Shown one piece after another: positions 40,146 to 51,257 of a stretch of DNA of 64,000 nt (positions are counted from its first letter, which is position 1; every line of letters starts with the position of its first letter). A model generated the notes under the pieces. It had not been told where the DNA came from, did not search any database, and saw only the letters and a program-made list of their open reading frames with translations. The position numbers were made by a program, and so were the translations under genes. Origin of the DNA: Pseudomonadota bacterium (GTDB taxonomy: Bacteria; Pseudomonadota; Alphaproteobacteria; Rhodobacterales; Rhodobacteraceae); contig JBCBVM010000004.1 of NCBI GenBank assembly GCA_039817645.1, positions 45,013-109,012 of the forward strand, given 5' to 3'.

Positions 40146-41828
40146 TCAGTCGTCGCCGCTCTTGAGGGCGGCGCCCAGGATGTCACCCAAGGACGCGCCG
40201 GAGTCGGAGGAGCCGTACTGTTCCACGGCCTCTTTCTCTTCGGCGATTTCACGCGCTTTGATCGACAGGCCCAGACGACGGGACTTTGCGTCGACGTTCG
40301 TGACGCGCACGTCCAGTTTGTCGCCCACGCCGAACCGCTCTGGCCGCTGGTCCGCACGGTCGCGTGCAAGGTCGGAGCGGCGGATGAAGGACTTCATGCC
40401 CTCATATTCCACTTCGATGCCGCCATCTTCGATCGACGTGACTTCCACCGTGATGATGGAGCCGCGCTTCACGCCGCCAATGGCTTCCGCATAGGGGTCG
40501 CCGCCGGCTGCCTTGATGGAGAGAGAGATACGCTCCTTCTCGGTATCGACCTCGGACACGACCGCCTTGACGATATCGCCTTTGCGGTAGTCGCCGATCA
40601 CGTCTTCGCCCCGGCCTTCCCAGGTCAGGTCAGACAGGTGCACCATGCCGTCGATATCGCCGGGCAGGCCCACGAACAGACCGAACTCGGTGATGTTCTT
40701 GACCTCACCTTCGACCTGCGTGCCTTCGGGATGGGTCTCTGCAAAGACCTCCCACGGGTTGCGCATGGTCTGCTTGAGGCCCAGGGACACGCGCCGCTTG
40801 GCCGTATCGATTTCCAGCACCATGACCTCAACCTCCTGGGAGGTGGAGACGATCTTGCCGGGATGGACGTTCTTTTTGGTCCAAGACATCTCGGAGACGT
40901 GGACCAGACCCTCGACCCCTGGCTCCAACTCAACGAAGGCACCATAATCGGTGATGTTGGTCACACGGCCCTGATGGGTGCTGTCCAGCGGGTATTTGGC
41001 AATGACCGTGTCCCAAGGATCGTCCTGCAACTGCTTCATGCCAAGGCTGATGCGGTGCGTATCCTTGTTGATCTTGATGACTTGAACCTTGACCGTCTCG
41101 CCGATGGTCAAGACTTCGCGCGGGTCGTTCACCCGGCGCCAGGCCATATCGGTCACGTGCAACAGGCCGTCCACACCGCCCAGGTCCACGAAGGCCCCGT
41201 ATTCGGTGATGTTCTTGACGACGCCGTCCACATTCTGACCCTCGGCCAAATTGCCGATAACCTCGGCGCGCTGTTCGGCGCGGCTTTCTTCGAGGATCGC
41301 GCGGCGCGACACAACGATGTTGCCCCGGCGGCGGTCCATCTTGAGGATCTGGAACGGCTGCTTGAGACCCATCAGCGGGCCCGCATCGCGCACGGGGCGC
41401 ACATCCACCTGAGAGCCAGGCAGGAACGCCACGGCGCCGCCCAGATCGACGGTGAAGCCGCCTTTGACACGGCCGAAGATGGCGCCTTCGACGCGCTCTT
41501 CCTTGCCATAAGCCTCTTCCAGGCGGTCCCAAGCGGCCTCCCGACGGGCCATCTCCCGAGAGATGACGGCTTCGCCACGGGCGTTCTCCACGGTGCGGAG
41601 GTAGACTTCCACCTCGTCGCCCACTTCGATTTCAGGTGCTTCGCCAGGATTTGCGAATTCTTTGATATCGACGCGGCCTTCCATCTTGTAGCCGACATCG
41701 ATGATGGCTTGTCCCGCCTCAATGGCGATGACTTTGCCTTTGACAACGGACCCTTCCGCGGGCGTGTCGATTTCGAGACTTTCGTTCAGGAGGGCCTCGA
41801 ATTCCTCCATGGATGCGTTCTGAGCCAT
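40146..41828 (-). CDS. rpsA: 30S ribosomal protein S1
   Basis: Six S1 repeats, about 560 aa, with an acidic C-terminus. Confidence 0.95.
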   Translation of the reverse strand: MAQNASMEEFEALLNESLEIDTPAEGSVVKGKVIAIEAGQAIIDVGYKMEGRVDIKEFANPGEAPEIEVGDEVEVYLRTVENARGEAVISREMARREAAWDRLEEAYGKEERVEGAIFGRVKGGFTVDLGGAVAFLPGSQVDVRPVRDAGPLMGLKQPFQILKMDRRRGNIVVSRRAILEESRAEQRAEVIGNLAEGQNVDGVVKNITEYGAFVDLGGVDGLLHVTDMAWRRVNDPREVLTIGETVKVQVIKINKDTHRISLGMKQLQDDPWDTVIAKYPLDSTHQGRVTNITDYGAFVELEPGVEGLVHVSEMSWTKKNVHPGKIVSTSQEVEVMVLEIDTAKRRVSLGLKQTMRNPWEVFAETHPEGTQVEGEVKNITEFGLFVGLPGDIDGMVHLSDLTWEGRGEDVIGDYRKGDIVKAVVSEVDTEKERISLSIKAAGGDPYAEAIGGVKRGSIITVEVTSIEDGGIEVEYEGMKSFIRRSDLARDRADQRPERFGVGDKLDVRVTNVDAKSRRLGLSIKAREIAEEKEAVEQYGSSDSGASLGDILGAALKSGDD

Positions 41829-42128
41829 GTGGCTGTCTGTTTCCTATTCGTTGCAATTTGACTGGCCGCGCGGTTGTCTCCGCCGGTCTTTGGGTTGGTC
41901 GGAAAGCGAAACACCTGTGGCAGATGCCACAAAGATGGTTTCGCTGTCGGGTGACCGGGCGCGGGTTAGGGCAATTTCAACGCAAACGCAAGGGGAAGAC
42001 GCCGCCTTTGGCGACGGTGCCAATGGAAAACATTCGGGCAAACGCCCCCGGCTACACAAGGTCGGCGGCAGTCTCAGGGGCGCAGACTTCGGGCACCCGG
42101 CTGAACGGAATGTTAAGCGTCTGCTGCC

Positions 42129-42809
42129 CTAGGAAAGCAAATGCTCGGTCAAGAAGGCCTCGACCGCGGCCCCACTGCGCCGGGCAGACACGGGCACATA
42201 CCCCATATCCCCGCCATCGCTGGCATTTGCCGGATTGGTAAACGCATGCCCCGTCTGGCCGAAGGTCAGGGCATGCCAATCCGGGCAGTGGGCCTCAAGC
42301 TCGGCCGCCATCTCCGTGAACTGCGCGGGCGATGCCAGAGGGTCGTTCCACCCATGACACAAAAGAACCGGCGGCATGGTTTGGGTCTCGTATGGCGGGC
42401 GATCATACACCCCGTGAAGCGACACAACCGCGTCCCCCTGCCCGGACCGGGCCAAATCCAGCACGGCTTTGCCCCCTAGGCAAAAGCCAAACGCGCCCAC
42501 CTTGCCCGCATCCATCTGCGCCAAGGCGCCCTGAACCCGTCGCAAGAAGCGCGGGCGATCTGCCTGGACCTCGGCCATCTTGGCCGCAGCCTCTGACACC
42601 ACATCGGTGCGCCACCCGTCCCCATAGTAATCGACAGCCAAGACGTCATAGCCCTTCTGGGCCCACAGATCCGCCTGTTCCATCTCAAAGTCGCGAAGCC
42701 CGGCAAAGGCGGGCGCGATCAGCAGTCCGGCCCCGTTGGGTGCACTTGGGCGGGCGCGATAACCCACCATGGTCTCTCCCGCTATCTCATACCTGTATGG
42801 CTCACCCAT
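42129..42809 (-). CDS. dienelactone hydrolase family protein
   Basis: Nucleophile elbow GFCLGG, plus HGWNDP. Start chosen at the second ATG, 6 nt after AGGAAG. Confidence 0.75.
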   Translation of the reverse strand: MGEPYRYEIAGETMVGYRARPSAPNGAGLLIAPAFAGLRDFEMEQADLWAQKGYDVLAVDYYGDGWRTDVVSEAAAKMAEVQADRPRFLRRVQGALAQMDAGKVGAFGFCLGGKAVLDLARSGQGDAVVSLHGVYDRPPYETQTMPPVLLCHGWNDPLASPAQFTEMAAELEAHCPDWHALTFGQTGHAFTNPANASDGGDMGYVPVSARRSGAAVEAFLTEHLLS

Positions 42810-44004
42810 CGGCATCTTCCTGCAGCAAGTCCGGCTCCAGCGCCTCGATCTGCGCCACGGCGCTGCCTGCGATGCCCTTGACGTCGCCATACATGCCCAT
42901 CATGGCGCCCACCGCCTTTTCCAGCTGCTTTTCGCGCGTGGACCATTGGGCGGCCATTTGCTTCTTCTCTTTCAGAAGGGCGGCTTGCATGGCCTCGAAC
43001 GGCTCCACCACGGCTTCGACCCGGGCCGTGAATTGCGGACCGGTGAGGTAATCATACAGCATCTCGGTCTTGCTGGCCTGCCCTTCCCGCGCGCCCCGCG
43101 CTTCGGCCACCCGCAGCAGACCATCGCGCAGAACATGGGCCAAGGCGATGGCGTGGCGCGGCGCGGCGACCCAGACGCCGTCGATCTGGCGGAAGGTCTT
43201 TACCCCGTCGGGCCGCGCGTCCGAGGCGAGGACCGCGACATCCGCCCCGGCGGCGCGCATATCCTCCCGCAATTTGGGCAGCCAGCCGGGCGACCAATTG
43301 GCCGTCCGCTTCACCTCCCACAGGATGGCGCCTGCCGTCCCAGACGGGGCCACGACACTTTGCAAACAATCGGCCCCCCGCGTCCCTTTGCCCACGGGGG
43401 CGATCTGGTCCATGGGGAATGCCTGCCCCAACTGCTCCTCCAGGACGACCTCCGCCACTTCGCCCTGCAATTGTTGCGATCCTTGCTCCATCTTCTTCTG
43501 AAGGGTCTCGATCTGGCGGCGCAGGCCGTCCATCTGCTGATCCTTCTCGGCCAACCGCAGGGCGGCCTTCTCTTGCTCCGCCATAAGCTTCTCTGCGGCC
43601 AAGGCTTCGGCCTGCTGCGCCAGTTTCTTGCGCACCACGTCGGTTTGAGCCGCGACCTGTTTTTGGATCGTCAGGTCCAACTCACGCTCCCGATCGGCCA
43701 GCTGCGTCTCTCGTTTCAACGCCTCGGCCTGTTTGGCCTGCGCCTCTTTCAGCTTGGCGTCCTGTTCGGCGGCCCGGTCCCTCAGCGCCGCAGCCTCGGC
43801 CCGCAAACCGGCCACCGCGTCCGCCTGCGCCTGGGCCGCCGCGTCTGCCGCGCTCGCCTCGATCTGCGCTTTCTGCTCTGCCAACGCGTCCCGCAGACGG
43901 TCTGCGGCCACGCGCTTCGTTTCCGCCAGAAGCGGCCCTGCCAAGGACTCGGTCAGCGGGATCTCCGTCGCACATTTTGGACAGGTAATGATGGCATCCG
44001 TCAT
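42802..44004 (-). CDS. DUF2130-like protein: N-terminal CxxC, long coiled coil and a C-terminal PD-(D/E)xK-like domain
   Basis: MTDAIITCPKCATEI, then about 200 aa of Ala/Gln/Glu/Lys-rich coiled coil, then a C-terminal D...EVK (GADCLQ...ILWEVKRT). Confidence 0.65.
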   Translation of the reverse strand: MTDAIITCPKCATEIPLTESLAGPLLAETKRVAADRLRDALAEQKAQIEASAADAAAQAQADAVAGLRAEAAALRDRAAEQDAKLKEAQAKQAEALKRETQLADRERELDLTIQKQVAAQTDVVRKKLAQQAEALAAEKLMAEQEKAALRLAEKDQQMDGLRRQIETLQKKMEQGSQQLQGEVAEVVLEEQLGQAFPMDQIAPVGKGTRGADCLQSVVAPSGTAGAILWEVKRTANWSPGWLPKLREDMRAAGADVAVLASDARPDGVKTFRQIDGVWVAAPRHAIALAHVLRDGLLRVAEARGAREGQASKTEMLYDYLTGPQFTARVEAVVEPFEAMQAALLKEKKQMAAQWSTREKQLEKAVGAMMGMYGDVKGIAGSAVAQIEALEPDLLQEDADG

Positions 44005-44108
44005 GGCCACAGCCTGCGCCACCATCACCGGCTGGGCAAGGCCCCATGGACCGTCACCGTGGCGCAAGCGGCCCCACTAAAAATGGGACCCACCCCCGAA
44101 ACCGAGAC

Positions 44109-44726
44109 CTAGATGTCCTGCCCGCGTTTTTGGAGCCGCTCGATCAGCTTTTGCTGCTCTCCGGCGCTGTCACCCCGACCGAACTGCACACCACCGGACG
44201 AAAACAACGTGCCATAGGTCAAAGCCGCATTCACCGTTTGACCGATGCCCGAAATCAGTTGCTCATCGCGCAAAGGCGACAGCGGATGGATGAACACGGC
44301 CCACACACGCCCCTCCGCCACCGCATAACGGGCATCCAGGGCACTGTCGAAATTGGCCTGCATCATGCGGGTCAGATCCGTCTCCGTCAGGCCCACCGCA
44401 GAGCGGATCGGCACCATGGCCCGCATCCGGTCCGCCCGCGGGTCGCTGATCACCAAAACCGGCACATCTTCGATGGTCATCTGAAAGGCGGGTCCGGCCC
44501 GCTGCACATCCGGATCCAACCGTTCAAGCACCGCTGCCATGCGGCGAAGGGTCATGATCTTATACACCTCTTCGGCCCGCACATCGGGCGTCGGCTCGGT
44601 CTCTTGCGCCGCCGACAACCCGGTCAGGGCGACGGCAAAAAACATGGCGCTTGCCGACAAGAGGACGGCGCGCTTGACCCAGGGCGGACGCGCCACCCCG
44701 CGCGGTGGCATGGGCAAATGTGGCAT
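44109..44726 (-). CDS. hypothetical secreted protein
   Basis: Signal peptide ...RAVLLSASAMFFAVALTGLSAAQ; the mature domain has no confident family. Start could be the ATG 15 nt downstream. Confidence 0.5.
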   Translation of the reverse strand: MPHLPMPPRGVARPPWVKRAVLLSASAMFFAVALTGLSAAQETEPTPDVRAEEVYKIMTLRRMAAVLERLDPDVQRAGPAFQMTIEDVPVLVISDPRADRMRAMVPIRSAVGLTETDLTRMMQANFDSALDARYAVAEGRVWAVFIHPLSPLRDEQLISGIGQTVNAALTYGTLFSSGGVQFGRGDSAGEQQKLIERLQKRGQDI

Positions 44727-44819
44727 GGGGCGTCTCCTGTCCTGGCACTGATCCAGGGATGCTAGGGCGCCCGCATCACCCGGGAAAGGCACATTTGGGT
44801 GAGGTGCGTGTGGGGACGG

Positions 44820-45428
44820 TCACGCCCGCGCGACCGCGATGGCGGCCAAGGCGGCCCGCAATGCCTCCTCGATGCTCATCTCAGAGGTGTCGAGCACTGT
44901 TGCATCGGGGGCCGCCGTCAAGGGCGCGTCGGCGCGCCCCATGTCCCGGGCATCTCGCTCCCGCACATCCTGCAAGACACCTTCCTGCGTGACGTCCAAC
45001 CCCAGGGCCGACAGCTCTTCAAATCGCCTCTGCGCCCGCACCTCCGCCGAGGCGGTAACGTAAAGCTTCACATCCGCGTCGGGGCAAATCACCGTGCCAA
45101 TGTCCCGCCCATCCAGCACTGCGCCGCCGGGCCGGGCCGAAAAACGGCGCTGGAAATCGACCAAGGCGGCACGGACATCGGGCAAGGCGGCCACACGGCT
45201 GGCGGCTTGGGCCACCTCTGGCGTCCGCAGGTCGCCCCGGGTCAAATCACCTGGCAAAAGGGCTTGGGCGGCGGCCACCGGGTCTTCGCCCGCAGTGACC
45301 CGAGCGCCAACCGCACGGTAGAGAAGTCCCGTATCCAGATGCGCCAAGCCAAACGTCTCGGCCACAGCACGGCTGATGGTGCCCTTACCCGCCGCAGCGG
45401 GTCCGTCGATGGCCACGGTGAATGTCAT
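44820..45428 (-). CDS. cmk: cytidylate kinase
   Basis: [41 protein letters not shown]. Confidence 0.9.
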   Translation of the reverse strand: MTFTVAIDGPAAAGKGTISRAVAETFGLAHLDTGLLYRAVGARVTAGEDPVAAAQALLPGDLTRGDLRTPEVAQAASRVAALPDVRAALVDFQRRFSARPGGAVLDGRDIGTVICPDADVKLYVTASAEVRAQRRFEELSALGLDVTQEGVLQDVRERDARDMGRADAPLTAAPDATVLDTSEMSIEEALRAALAAIAVARA

Positions 45429-45695
45429 ATGTATCTCCCATCTGCATCCCGTTAACCCGTCCCATGTGGCAGGGCCATGTCCATGTCAAACGCCTTGGGC
45501 GCGCGCCAGTGCCCAGGACAGCGCCCAACCGCGCACACAGCCCAAGGGGACGCGACAGGATCATCGGCCCGTCCGACGGGGTCCAGTCGCTTGACTGATG
45601 CCGCCCCAACTCGCCCTCCAAAAACCAAAGCGCCGCTCGCAGATGACGCGCGACGCCCTGTCTGTCATCTGGCCCAAAATACTCCCGCGCGCCGG

Positions 45696-46391
45696 TTACA
45701 CCCGGCGGAACGTCAGATAGTGGGGCACCCGCCCCTCCCCTATGGCCTTCGCCTCGTAGCGCGTGCGAGTCCAATCGCCCCAAGGCGCCCGCCAATGGGA
45801 CGGCCCTTCCGCCAGCCAGGTGAACCCATGACGCGGAACTTGATCAAGGGTCTGACGCACGTAATCGGGGATGTCGGTGGCCACGCGAAACTCGGCCCCG
45901 GGCTTCAACACGTGCGCCAACGGCGCCAAATGCTCTGGCGTGACGAACCGGCGGCGGTGGTGGCGGGCCTTGGGCCACGGATCGGGATAGAGCAGAAATG
46001 CCTTGGAAATCGACGCATCGGGCAAGACATCGAACAGGTCGCGCACATCGCCCGGATGCAGTCGCACGTTTGAGATATCGGCCTGCCGTAGCTTGCCCAG
46101 CAACATGGCCACACCGTTGATATACGGCTCCGCCCCGATGATGCCGACACCACGATTGGCAGCGGCTTGCGCGACCATATGCTCGCCACCGCCAAAGCCG
46201 ATCTCTAGCCAAACATCTTTGCCAGCAAAGAGGCCTTCCAAGTTCAGCGGCGTCCGGGCGGGGTTCTCCTCCCACCCGACGGCCCCGGGCGACAGGGCTG
46301 CCAAATCCTCTGCCAAGTACCGCTCATGGCTGTCCTTCAGGTGCTTGCCCTTGCGGCGGCCGTAGAAGTTTCGATGGGGTCGTTCGGTCAT
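45696..46391 (-). CDS. trmB: tRNA (guanine46-N7)-methyltransferase
   Basis: RNFYGRRKGKHL...WLEIGFGGGEHMV...LLYPDPWPKARHHRRR. Confidence 0.9.
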   Translation of the reverse strand: MTERPHRNFYGRRKGKHLKDSHERYLAEDLAALSPGAVGWEENPARTPLNLEGLFAGKDVWLEIGFGGGEHMVAQAAANRGVGIIGAEPYINGVAMLLGKLRQADISNVRLHPGDVRDLFDVLPDASISKAFLLYPDPWPKARHHRRRFVTPEHLAPLAHVLKPGAEFRVATDIPDYVRQTLDQVPRHGFTWLAEGPSHWRAPWGDWTRTRYEAKAIGEGRVPHYLTFRRV

Positions 46392-46432
46392 AGTGCGGGG
46401 CCAGTTCCAGCATCGTTGGGCAAGATAGAAGG

Positions 46433-47506
46433 TTAAGTGGGACGCTTGATGCGGTTCACATGGCCTATCTTTCGGCCGGGTCGGATCTCTGCCTTGCCGT
46501 AAAGATGCACCTGCGTGCCGGTGGCGCCAAGCAACTCCGGCAGCCGGTCCATGTCATCGCCGATCAGGTTCTCCATCACCACATCCACATGGCGGGAGCC
46601 GTCGCCCAAAGGCAGGCCCGCGACCGCACGGATATGCTGTTCGAACTGATCGACGGCGCAGCCCGCCTGGGTCCAATGCCCGGAATTGTGGACACGCGGC
46701 GCGATCTCGTTGACCAGCAGCCCCTGGGGCGTCACGAACAGTTCCACCCCCAAAACGCCCACGTAATCCAGCGCATTGAGGATCTTTCCCGCCAGCAGCA
46801 CCGCATCCGTCCGCTGCGCCCCGGTGATCTGCGCGGGCAGCGTGGTCGTCCGCAGGATGCCGCCATCATGGACGTTCTCGCCAGGGTCGAAACACACCAC
46901 CTCCCCGGACAGGCCGCGCGCGGCGATGACCGAGATCTCTCGCGTGAAGGGCACGAACCCCTCCAGGATGGCATCGGCACCGCGCATTTCGGTCAGTGCA
47001 TCGGCGGCCTGTTCGGGGCGATCGATCTTCACTTGCCCCTTGCCGTCATAGCCCAGCCGCCGGGTCTTGAGGATGGCAGGCGTGCCAAACCGCGCAAGCG
47101 CCTCCTCCAGCCGGGACAGGTCGGGGACATCCGCGAAGGGCGCGGTTTGAAGACCCAGGTCGGTCAAAAACGCCTTCTCGAACAAACGGTCCTGACTGAC
47201 AGCCAGGGCGGACGCACCGGGCCGGATCGGGCGCAATGCCGACAGGGTGTCCAGCGCGTTGGCCGGGATGTTCTCAAACTCATAGGTGATGACCTGACAC
47301 GCCTCCGCGAAGGATTGCAGCGCGCCGATATCCTCGTAGGACGCCTTGAAATGATAGTTCGCCACATGGGACGCCGGGCAATCCCCCATGGGCTCGAACA
47401 CGCAGGTCTTATAGCCCAGGCGACTGGCCGCCACCGACAACATCCGGCCCAATTGCCCGCCGCCTAAAATCCCAATGGTCGCCCCGTGGGGCAGCGCGTC
47501 CTGCAT
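46433..47506 (-). CDS. purK: N5-carboxyaminoimidazole ribonucleotide synthase
   Basis: ATIGILGGGQLGRM plus an ATP-grasp domain. Adjacent to purE. Confidence 0.9.
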   Translation of the reverse strand: MQDALPHGATIGILGGGQLGRMLSVAASRLGYKTCVFEPMGDCPASHVANYHFKASYEDIGALQSFAEACQVITYEFENIPANALDTLSALRPIRPGASALAVSQDRLFEKAFLTDLGLQTAPFADVPDLSRLEEALARFGTPAILKTRRLGYDGKGQVKIDRPEQAADALTEMRGADAILEGFVPFTREISVIAARGLSGEVVCFDPGENVHDGGILRTTTLPAQITGAQRTDAVLLAGKILNALDYVGVLGVELFVTPQGLLVNEIAPRVHNSGHWTQAGCAVDQFEQHIRAVAGLPLGDGSRHVDVVMENLIGDDMDRLPELLGATGTQVHLYGKAEIRPGRKIGHVNRIKRPT

Positions 47507-47522
47507 GGTCTGTCCTTATCGT

Positions 47523-48011
47523 TCAGGGGGCGTCCGGGATCGAAGCGGACAGATCCGCCCGCCACTGGTCCAAGCGATGCGCCAGATCCGCGTCGTGCAG
47601 CGCCAGGATCCCGGCCGCCATCAGGCCCGCATTGGCCGCGCCCGCCGCCCCGATGGCCATGGTCGCCACCGGGAAGCCCCTGGGCATTTGCACGATGGAA
47701 TAAAGACTGTCCACACCCGACAGCGCCTTGGTCTGCACGGGGACGCCGATCACCGGCACCCGCGTCTTGGACGCCATCATCCCCGGCAAATGCGCTGCCC
47801 CACCGGCGCCCGCGATGATCACATGCAAGCCCCGGTCCACGGCCGTCTTGCCATAGTCCCAAAGCCGATCTGGCGTCCGGTGGGCGGACACGATCTTGGT
47901 CTCATAGGCGACCCCAAGCGCATCCAGGATCTCGGCGGCACCCTGCATCGTCGGCCAGTCCGAGGTGGAGCCCATAATGATGCCCACGGGCACTGTCTGC
48001 GTCATGGGCAC
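47523..48011 (-). CDS. purE: N5-carboxyaminoimidazole ribonucleotide mutase
   Basis: [11 protein letters not shown]...[15 protein letters not shown]. Confidence 0.9.
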   Translation of the reverse strand: MPMTQTVPVGIIMGSTSDWPTMQGAAEILDALGVAYETKIVSAHRTPDRLWDYGKTAVDRGLHVIIAGAGGAAHLPGMMASKTRVPVIGVPVQTKALSGVDSLYSIVQMPRGFPVATMAIGAAGAANAGLMAAGILALHDADLAHRLDQWRADLSASIPDAP

Positions 48012-48012
48012 C

Positions 48013-48243
48013 TCAGGCGATGATGTCCGGGGTCAGGTCGTCCTCGATCCGGGCAATCTGATCCTTCAGGAGGAGTTTCTTCTTTTTCAACCGCTTCACA
48101 GCCAACATATCGGGGCGCACACTCTCTTCGATGGCGCGAATGGCGGTGTCGAGGTCGCGATGCTCCTCGCGGAGCACCCCCAACTTGGTGCGCAACACCT
48201 CTTCACGGCTCATTTCAGGGGGTGTGGTCACAGGGGTGGGCAT
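48013..48243 (-). CDS. DUF465 (YdcH-like) small protein
   Basis: [18 protein letters not shown]...[16 protein letters not shown]. Confidence 0.6.
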   Translation of the reverse strand: MPTPVTTPPEMSREEVLRTKLGVLREEHRDLDTAIRAIEESVRPDMLAVKRLKKKKLLLKDQIARIEDDLTPDIIA

Positions 48244-48405
48244 CTCTGGCGATTGGGTGGGCGACGTCTACACCGGGTGGGGATGCGAAGCCAAGGGAGG
48301 TGTGCCCCCCTTGTGAAAACACCCCTGTCCCCCCACATCCATAGGCGTGCGGTGCCAGACTGGGCCGCGCGCAGACGGATCGCTTTGACGAGGACCCGGA
48401 GAGTT

Positions 48406-48834
48406 ATGACGAAGTTGAGTTTTGGCACCCATCCCTTCCTTTTGGGATTTGACGAGCTTGAGCGCTTGGTGGAACGCACCGCGCGCACGGGCAACGAAGG
48501 CTACCCACCCTACAATATCGAACAGACCGGCGATGATGGGTTCCGCATCACGTTGGCTGTGGCGGGGTTTGGCGAAGACGACCTGTCGATCACGTTGGAA
48601 GATCGGCAATTGGTCATTCGCGGCAAGTCTAAAGATGAGGCAGAGCGCGTATATTTGCATCGCGGCATCGCCGCACGGCAGTTTCAGCGCGCGTTCGTCC
48701 TCGCCGATGGGGTGGAGGTGCAAGGCGCGTCCATGGAACATGGTCTCCTCCACGTGGATCTGACCCGGGCCGTGCCCGAGAATGTGGTCCAAACCATTCG
48801 TATCTCCGGGGCAAAGCGTCCCGCCAATTCGTAA
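48406..48834 (+). CDS. Hsp20/alpha-crystallin family small heat-shock protein
   Basis: YPPYNIEQTGDDGFRITLAVAGF...LVIRG. Start at the internal ATG. Confidence 0.85.
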   Translation: MTKLSFGTHPFLLGFDELERLVERTARTGNEGYPPYNIEQTGDDGFRITLAVAGFGEDDLSITLEDRQLVIRGKSKDEAERVYLHRGIAARQFQRAFVLADGVEVQGASMEHGLLHVDLTRAVPENVVQTIRISGAKRPANS

Positions 48835-48858
48835 TCGCCAGGTCGGAAAGGACACATC

Positions 48859-49089
48859 ATGACGATGCAATCATCCCTCAGCGCCGCTGAAGACGCCCTG
48901 GTCTATGTGCGCAAAGTGGCCATCGACGACCTGCCGGACGCCGTCCAGGAAGAAGCCCGCGAGGGCGGCTTGGAGGAGTTGTATGCCCTCCACCGCGCCG
49001 ATGGGGAACAGGTGGCCCTGGTGGGCGACCGCCGGATGGCGTTTTCCCTGGCTTTGCAAAACGACATGCAGCCGGTCAGCGTTCACTGA
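48859..49089 (+). CDS. DUF1150 family protein (Hsp20-associated)
   Basis: Small acidic protein immediately after hsp20, the conserved alphaproteobacterial pairing. Confidence 0.65.
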   Translation: MTMQSSLSAAEDALVYVRKVAIDDLPDAVQEEAREGGLEELYALHRADGEQVALVGDRRMAFSLALQNDMQPVSVH

Positions 49090-49112
49090 CAGATGACAGA
49101 TGCACCCGGAAT

Positions 49113-49144
49113 AGAAAACAGCGCCCCGTGGGGCGCTGTTTTTG
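49113..49144. terminator. bidirectional intrinsic terminator between convergent DUF1150 and sat/cysC
   Basis: GAAAA-AACAGCGCCCC-GT-GGGGCGCTGTT-TTTT: a perfect 11-bp stem with an A-run on one side and a T-run on the other. Confidence 0.55.
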
Positions 49145-49162
49145 CGTGAATGGCCGCTTTGA

Positions 49163-50878
49163 TCAGACCTGGCCAGAGATAAGGCCCATCCCCTCAAGTT
49201 TCAGCAGGACCTGCTGGGCGCAGTTGTCCACCTCAAACCCTTCGGTATCCACCACCAATTCGGCACTGGTCGGCGCCTCGTACGGGTCAGAGATGCCGGT
49301 GAATTCGGGGATCTTCCCCTCGCGGGCCAGCTTATACAGACCCTTCCGGTCCCGACGCTCACATTCCTCCAGCGATGTGGCCACATGCACCTCGACGAAG
49401 GCGCCATAGGCCTCGATCATCTCGCGGGCGGCACGGCGGGTAGCGGTGTAGGGCGCGATGGGCGCGCAAATGGCAATTCCGCCATTCTTGGTGATTTCGG
49501 ACGCCACATACCCGATCCGGCGGATGTTGATGTCCCGATGCTCCTTGGAGAAGGTCAGCTCCGACGACAGATGCTTGCGCACCACATCCCCATCCAGCAA
49601 CGTCACCGGGCGGCCCCCCATCTCCATCAGTTTGACCATGATGGCATTGGCGATGGTGGATTTGCCCGACCCGGACAGGCCGGTGAAGAACACGGTGAAG
49701 CCCTGCTGCGACCGGGGCGGCGACGTGCGGCGCAGTTCCTTCACCACTTCGGGGAAGCTGAACCATTCCGGGATTTCCAGCCCCTCCCGCAGACGGCGCC
49801 GCAATTCCGTGCCCGAGATGTTCAGGATGGTGACGTTGTCGCGGTCTTCGATGGCGTCATTGGGCTCATACTGCGCCCGCTCCTGCACATAGACCATGTG
49901 CTTGAAGTCCACCATTTCGATCCCGATCTCCGCCTGATGTTCCCGGAACAGGTCCTGGGCGTCATAGGGGCCATAGAAGTCCTCACCGGCGCTGTTCTTG
50001 CCGGGGCCCGCGTGATCGCGGCCGACGATCATGTGCGTGCAGCCGTGGTTGCGGCGGATGATGCCGTGCCACACAGCCTCCCGCGGGCCGGCCATGCGCA
50101 TGGCCAGGTTCAAAAGGCTCATGGTGGTGGTTGCCTGAGGATACTTGTCCAGCACGGCCTCATAGCACCGGACGCGCGTGAAGTGGTCCACATCACCCGG
50201 CTTGGTCATCCCCACAACGGGGTGGATCAGCAGGTTGGCCTGCGCCTCGCGCGCGGCGCGGAAGGTCAGTTCCTGATGGGCGCGGTGCAGCGGGTTGCGC
50301 GTCTGGAACGCCACAACGCGGCGCCAGCCCATCTTGCGGAAATAGGCGCGCAATTCGTTGGGCGTGTCCCGGCGGGCGCGGAAATCGTAATGGATCGGCT
50401 GCTGGATGCCAGTGATCGCGCCACCCAGATAGGTGTCCCCCGCCTGGTGGTGCAGATAGTTCACTGCCGGGTGGGCCAGATCGTCGGCGCCGTACACCAT
50501 CTCGGCCTCGCGGGCCTTGTTCGGTTGATACTTCGACGTCACCGACAAGATCGCCAGGATCACGCCTTCCTGGTCGCGCAGGGCGATGTCTTGGCCTTCT
50601 TCGACCTTGCCTGCAAACCCTTCGGACACGTCCAGTGTGATCGGCATGGGCCAAAGCGTTCCATCGGCCAGGCGCATATTCTCCACCACGCCTTCATAAT
50701 CCTGCTTGCCCAGGAACCCCTTGAGCGGCGCAAACCCGCCATTCATCAGCAGTTCCAGATCGCAAATCTGCCGGGGCGTCAGGTCCCAACTGGGCAGGTC
50801 CGCGGCCTCCACCTTCAGCTTCTGCGCACTGTCATAACTGACATAGAGTTCGGGGATCGGGGCGAGGTTGTTTTCCAT
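49163..50878 (-). CDS. sat: bifunctional sulfate adenylyltransferase / adenylyl-sulfate kinase
   Basis: ATP-sulfurylase motifs QTRNPLHRAHQEL and GRDHAGPG. C-terminal APS kinase P-loop GLSGSGKST. About 571 aa from the internal ATG (MENNLAPI). Confidence 0.9.
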   Translation of the reverse strand: MENNLAPIPELYVSYDSAQKLKVEAADLPSWDLTPRQICDLELLMNGGFAPLKGFLGKQDYEGVVENMRLADGTLWPMPITLDVSEGFAGKVEEGQDIALRDQEGVILAILSVTSKYQPNKAREAEMVYGADDLAHPAVNYLHHQAGDTYLGGAITGIQQPIHYDFRARRDTPNELRAYFRKMGWRRVVAFQTRNPLHRAHQELTFRAAREAQANLLIHPVVGMTKPGDVDHFTRVRCYEAVLDKYPQATTTMSLLNLAMRMAGPREAVWHGIIRRNHGCTHMIVGRDHAGPGKNSAGEDFYGPYDAQDLFREHQAEIGIEMVDFKHMVYVQERAQYEPNDAIEDRDNVTILNISGTELRRRLREGLEIPEWFSFPEVVKELRRTSPPRSQQGFTVFFTGLSGSGKSTIANAIMVKLMEMGGRPVTLLDGDVVRKHLSSELTFSKEHRDINIRRIGYVASEITKNGGIAICAPIAPYTATRRAAREMIEAYGAFVEVHVATSLEECERRDRKGLYKLAREGKIPEFTGISDPYEAPTSAELVVDTEGFEVDNCAQQVLLKLEGMGLISGQV

Positions 50879-51244
50879 AAGTCTTGTCCTGGTAGGAAGT
50901 GGGGTGAGGCCCGACGTGGACCCTGTGAGTTCAGCATGGAGCGCGTCATATTCCGCGAACTTGCGCCGGAGAAATGCGTCGGTCAGTCGGTTCTTCTCCG
51001 ACGCCCCGCGCGGGGTGAGAACATAGGCATAGCGCTGGCGCCGGTCCGGCCCCTTGCGCGCACTGATCTTGACCAGCCCGGCCTCTGCGGCCACGCGCAG
51101 TTGGGCGTTCAATCGTCCCAGTGACACGCCCAACGCCGTCGCAGTCGCGCGCTGCGTGGCCTCTGGCGCCAGATCAAGCTGGCGCAACAGACGGAAGAGG
51201 TCATCGTCCCCTTCGAAATCAGATTTTGCTGGTAGGGACAGCAT
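50879..51244 (-). CDS. MarR-family EPS-associated winged-helix regulator-like domain, in-frame and contiguous with sat/cysC (no intervening stop)
   Basis: LFRLLRQLDLAPEATQRATATALGVSLGRLNAQLRVAAEAGLVKISARKGPDRRQRYAYVLTPRGASEKNRLTDAFLRRKFAEYDALHAEL matches the EPS-associated MarR (EpsA-like) family. The ORF reads straight into MENN... of sat. Confidence 0.5.
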
Positions 51245-51257
51245 CACTGGCGACTCA

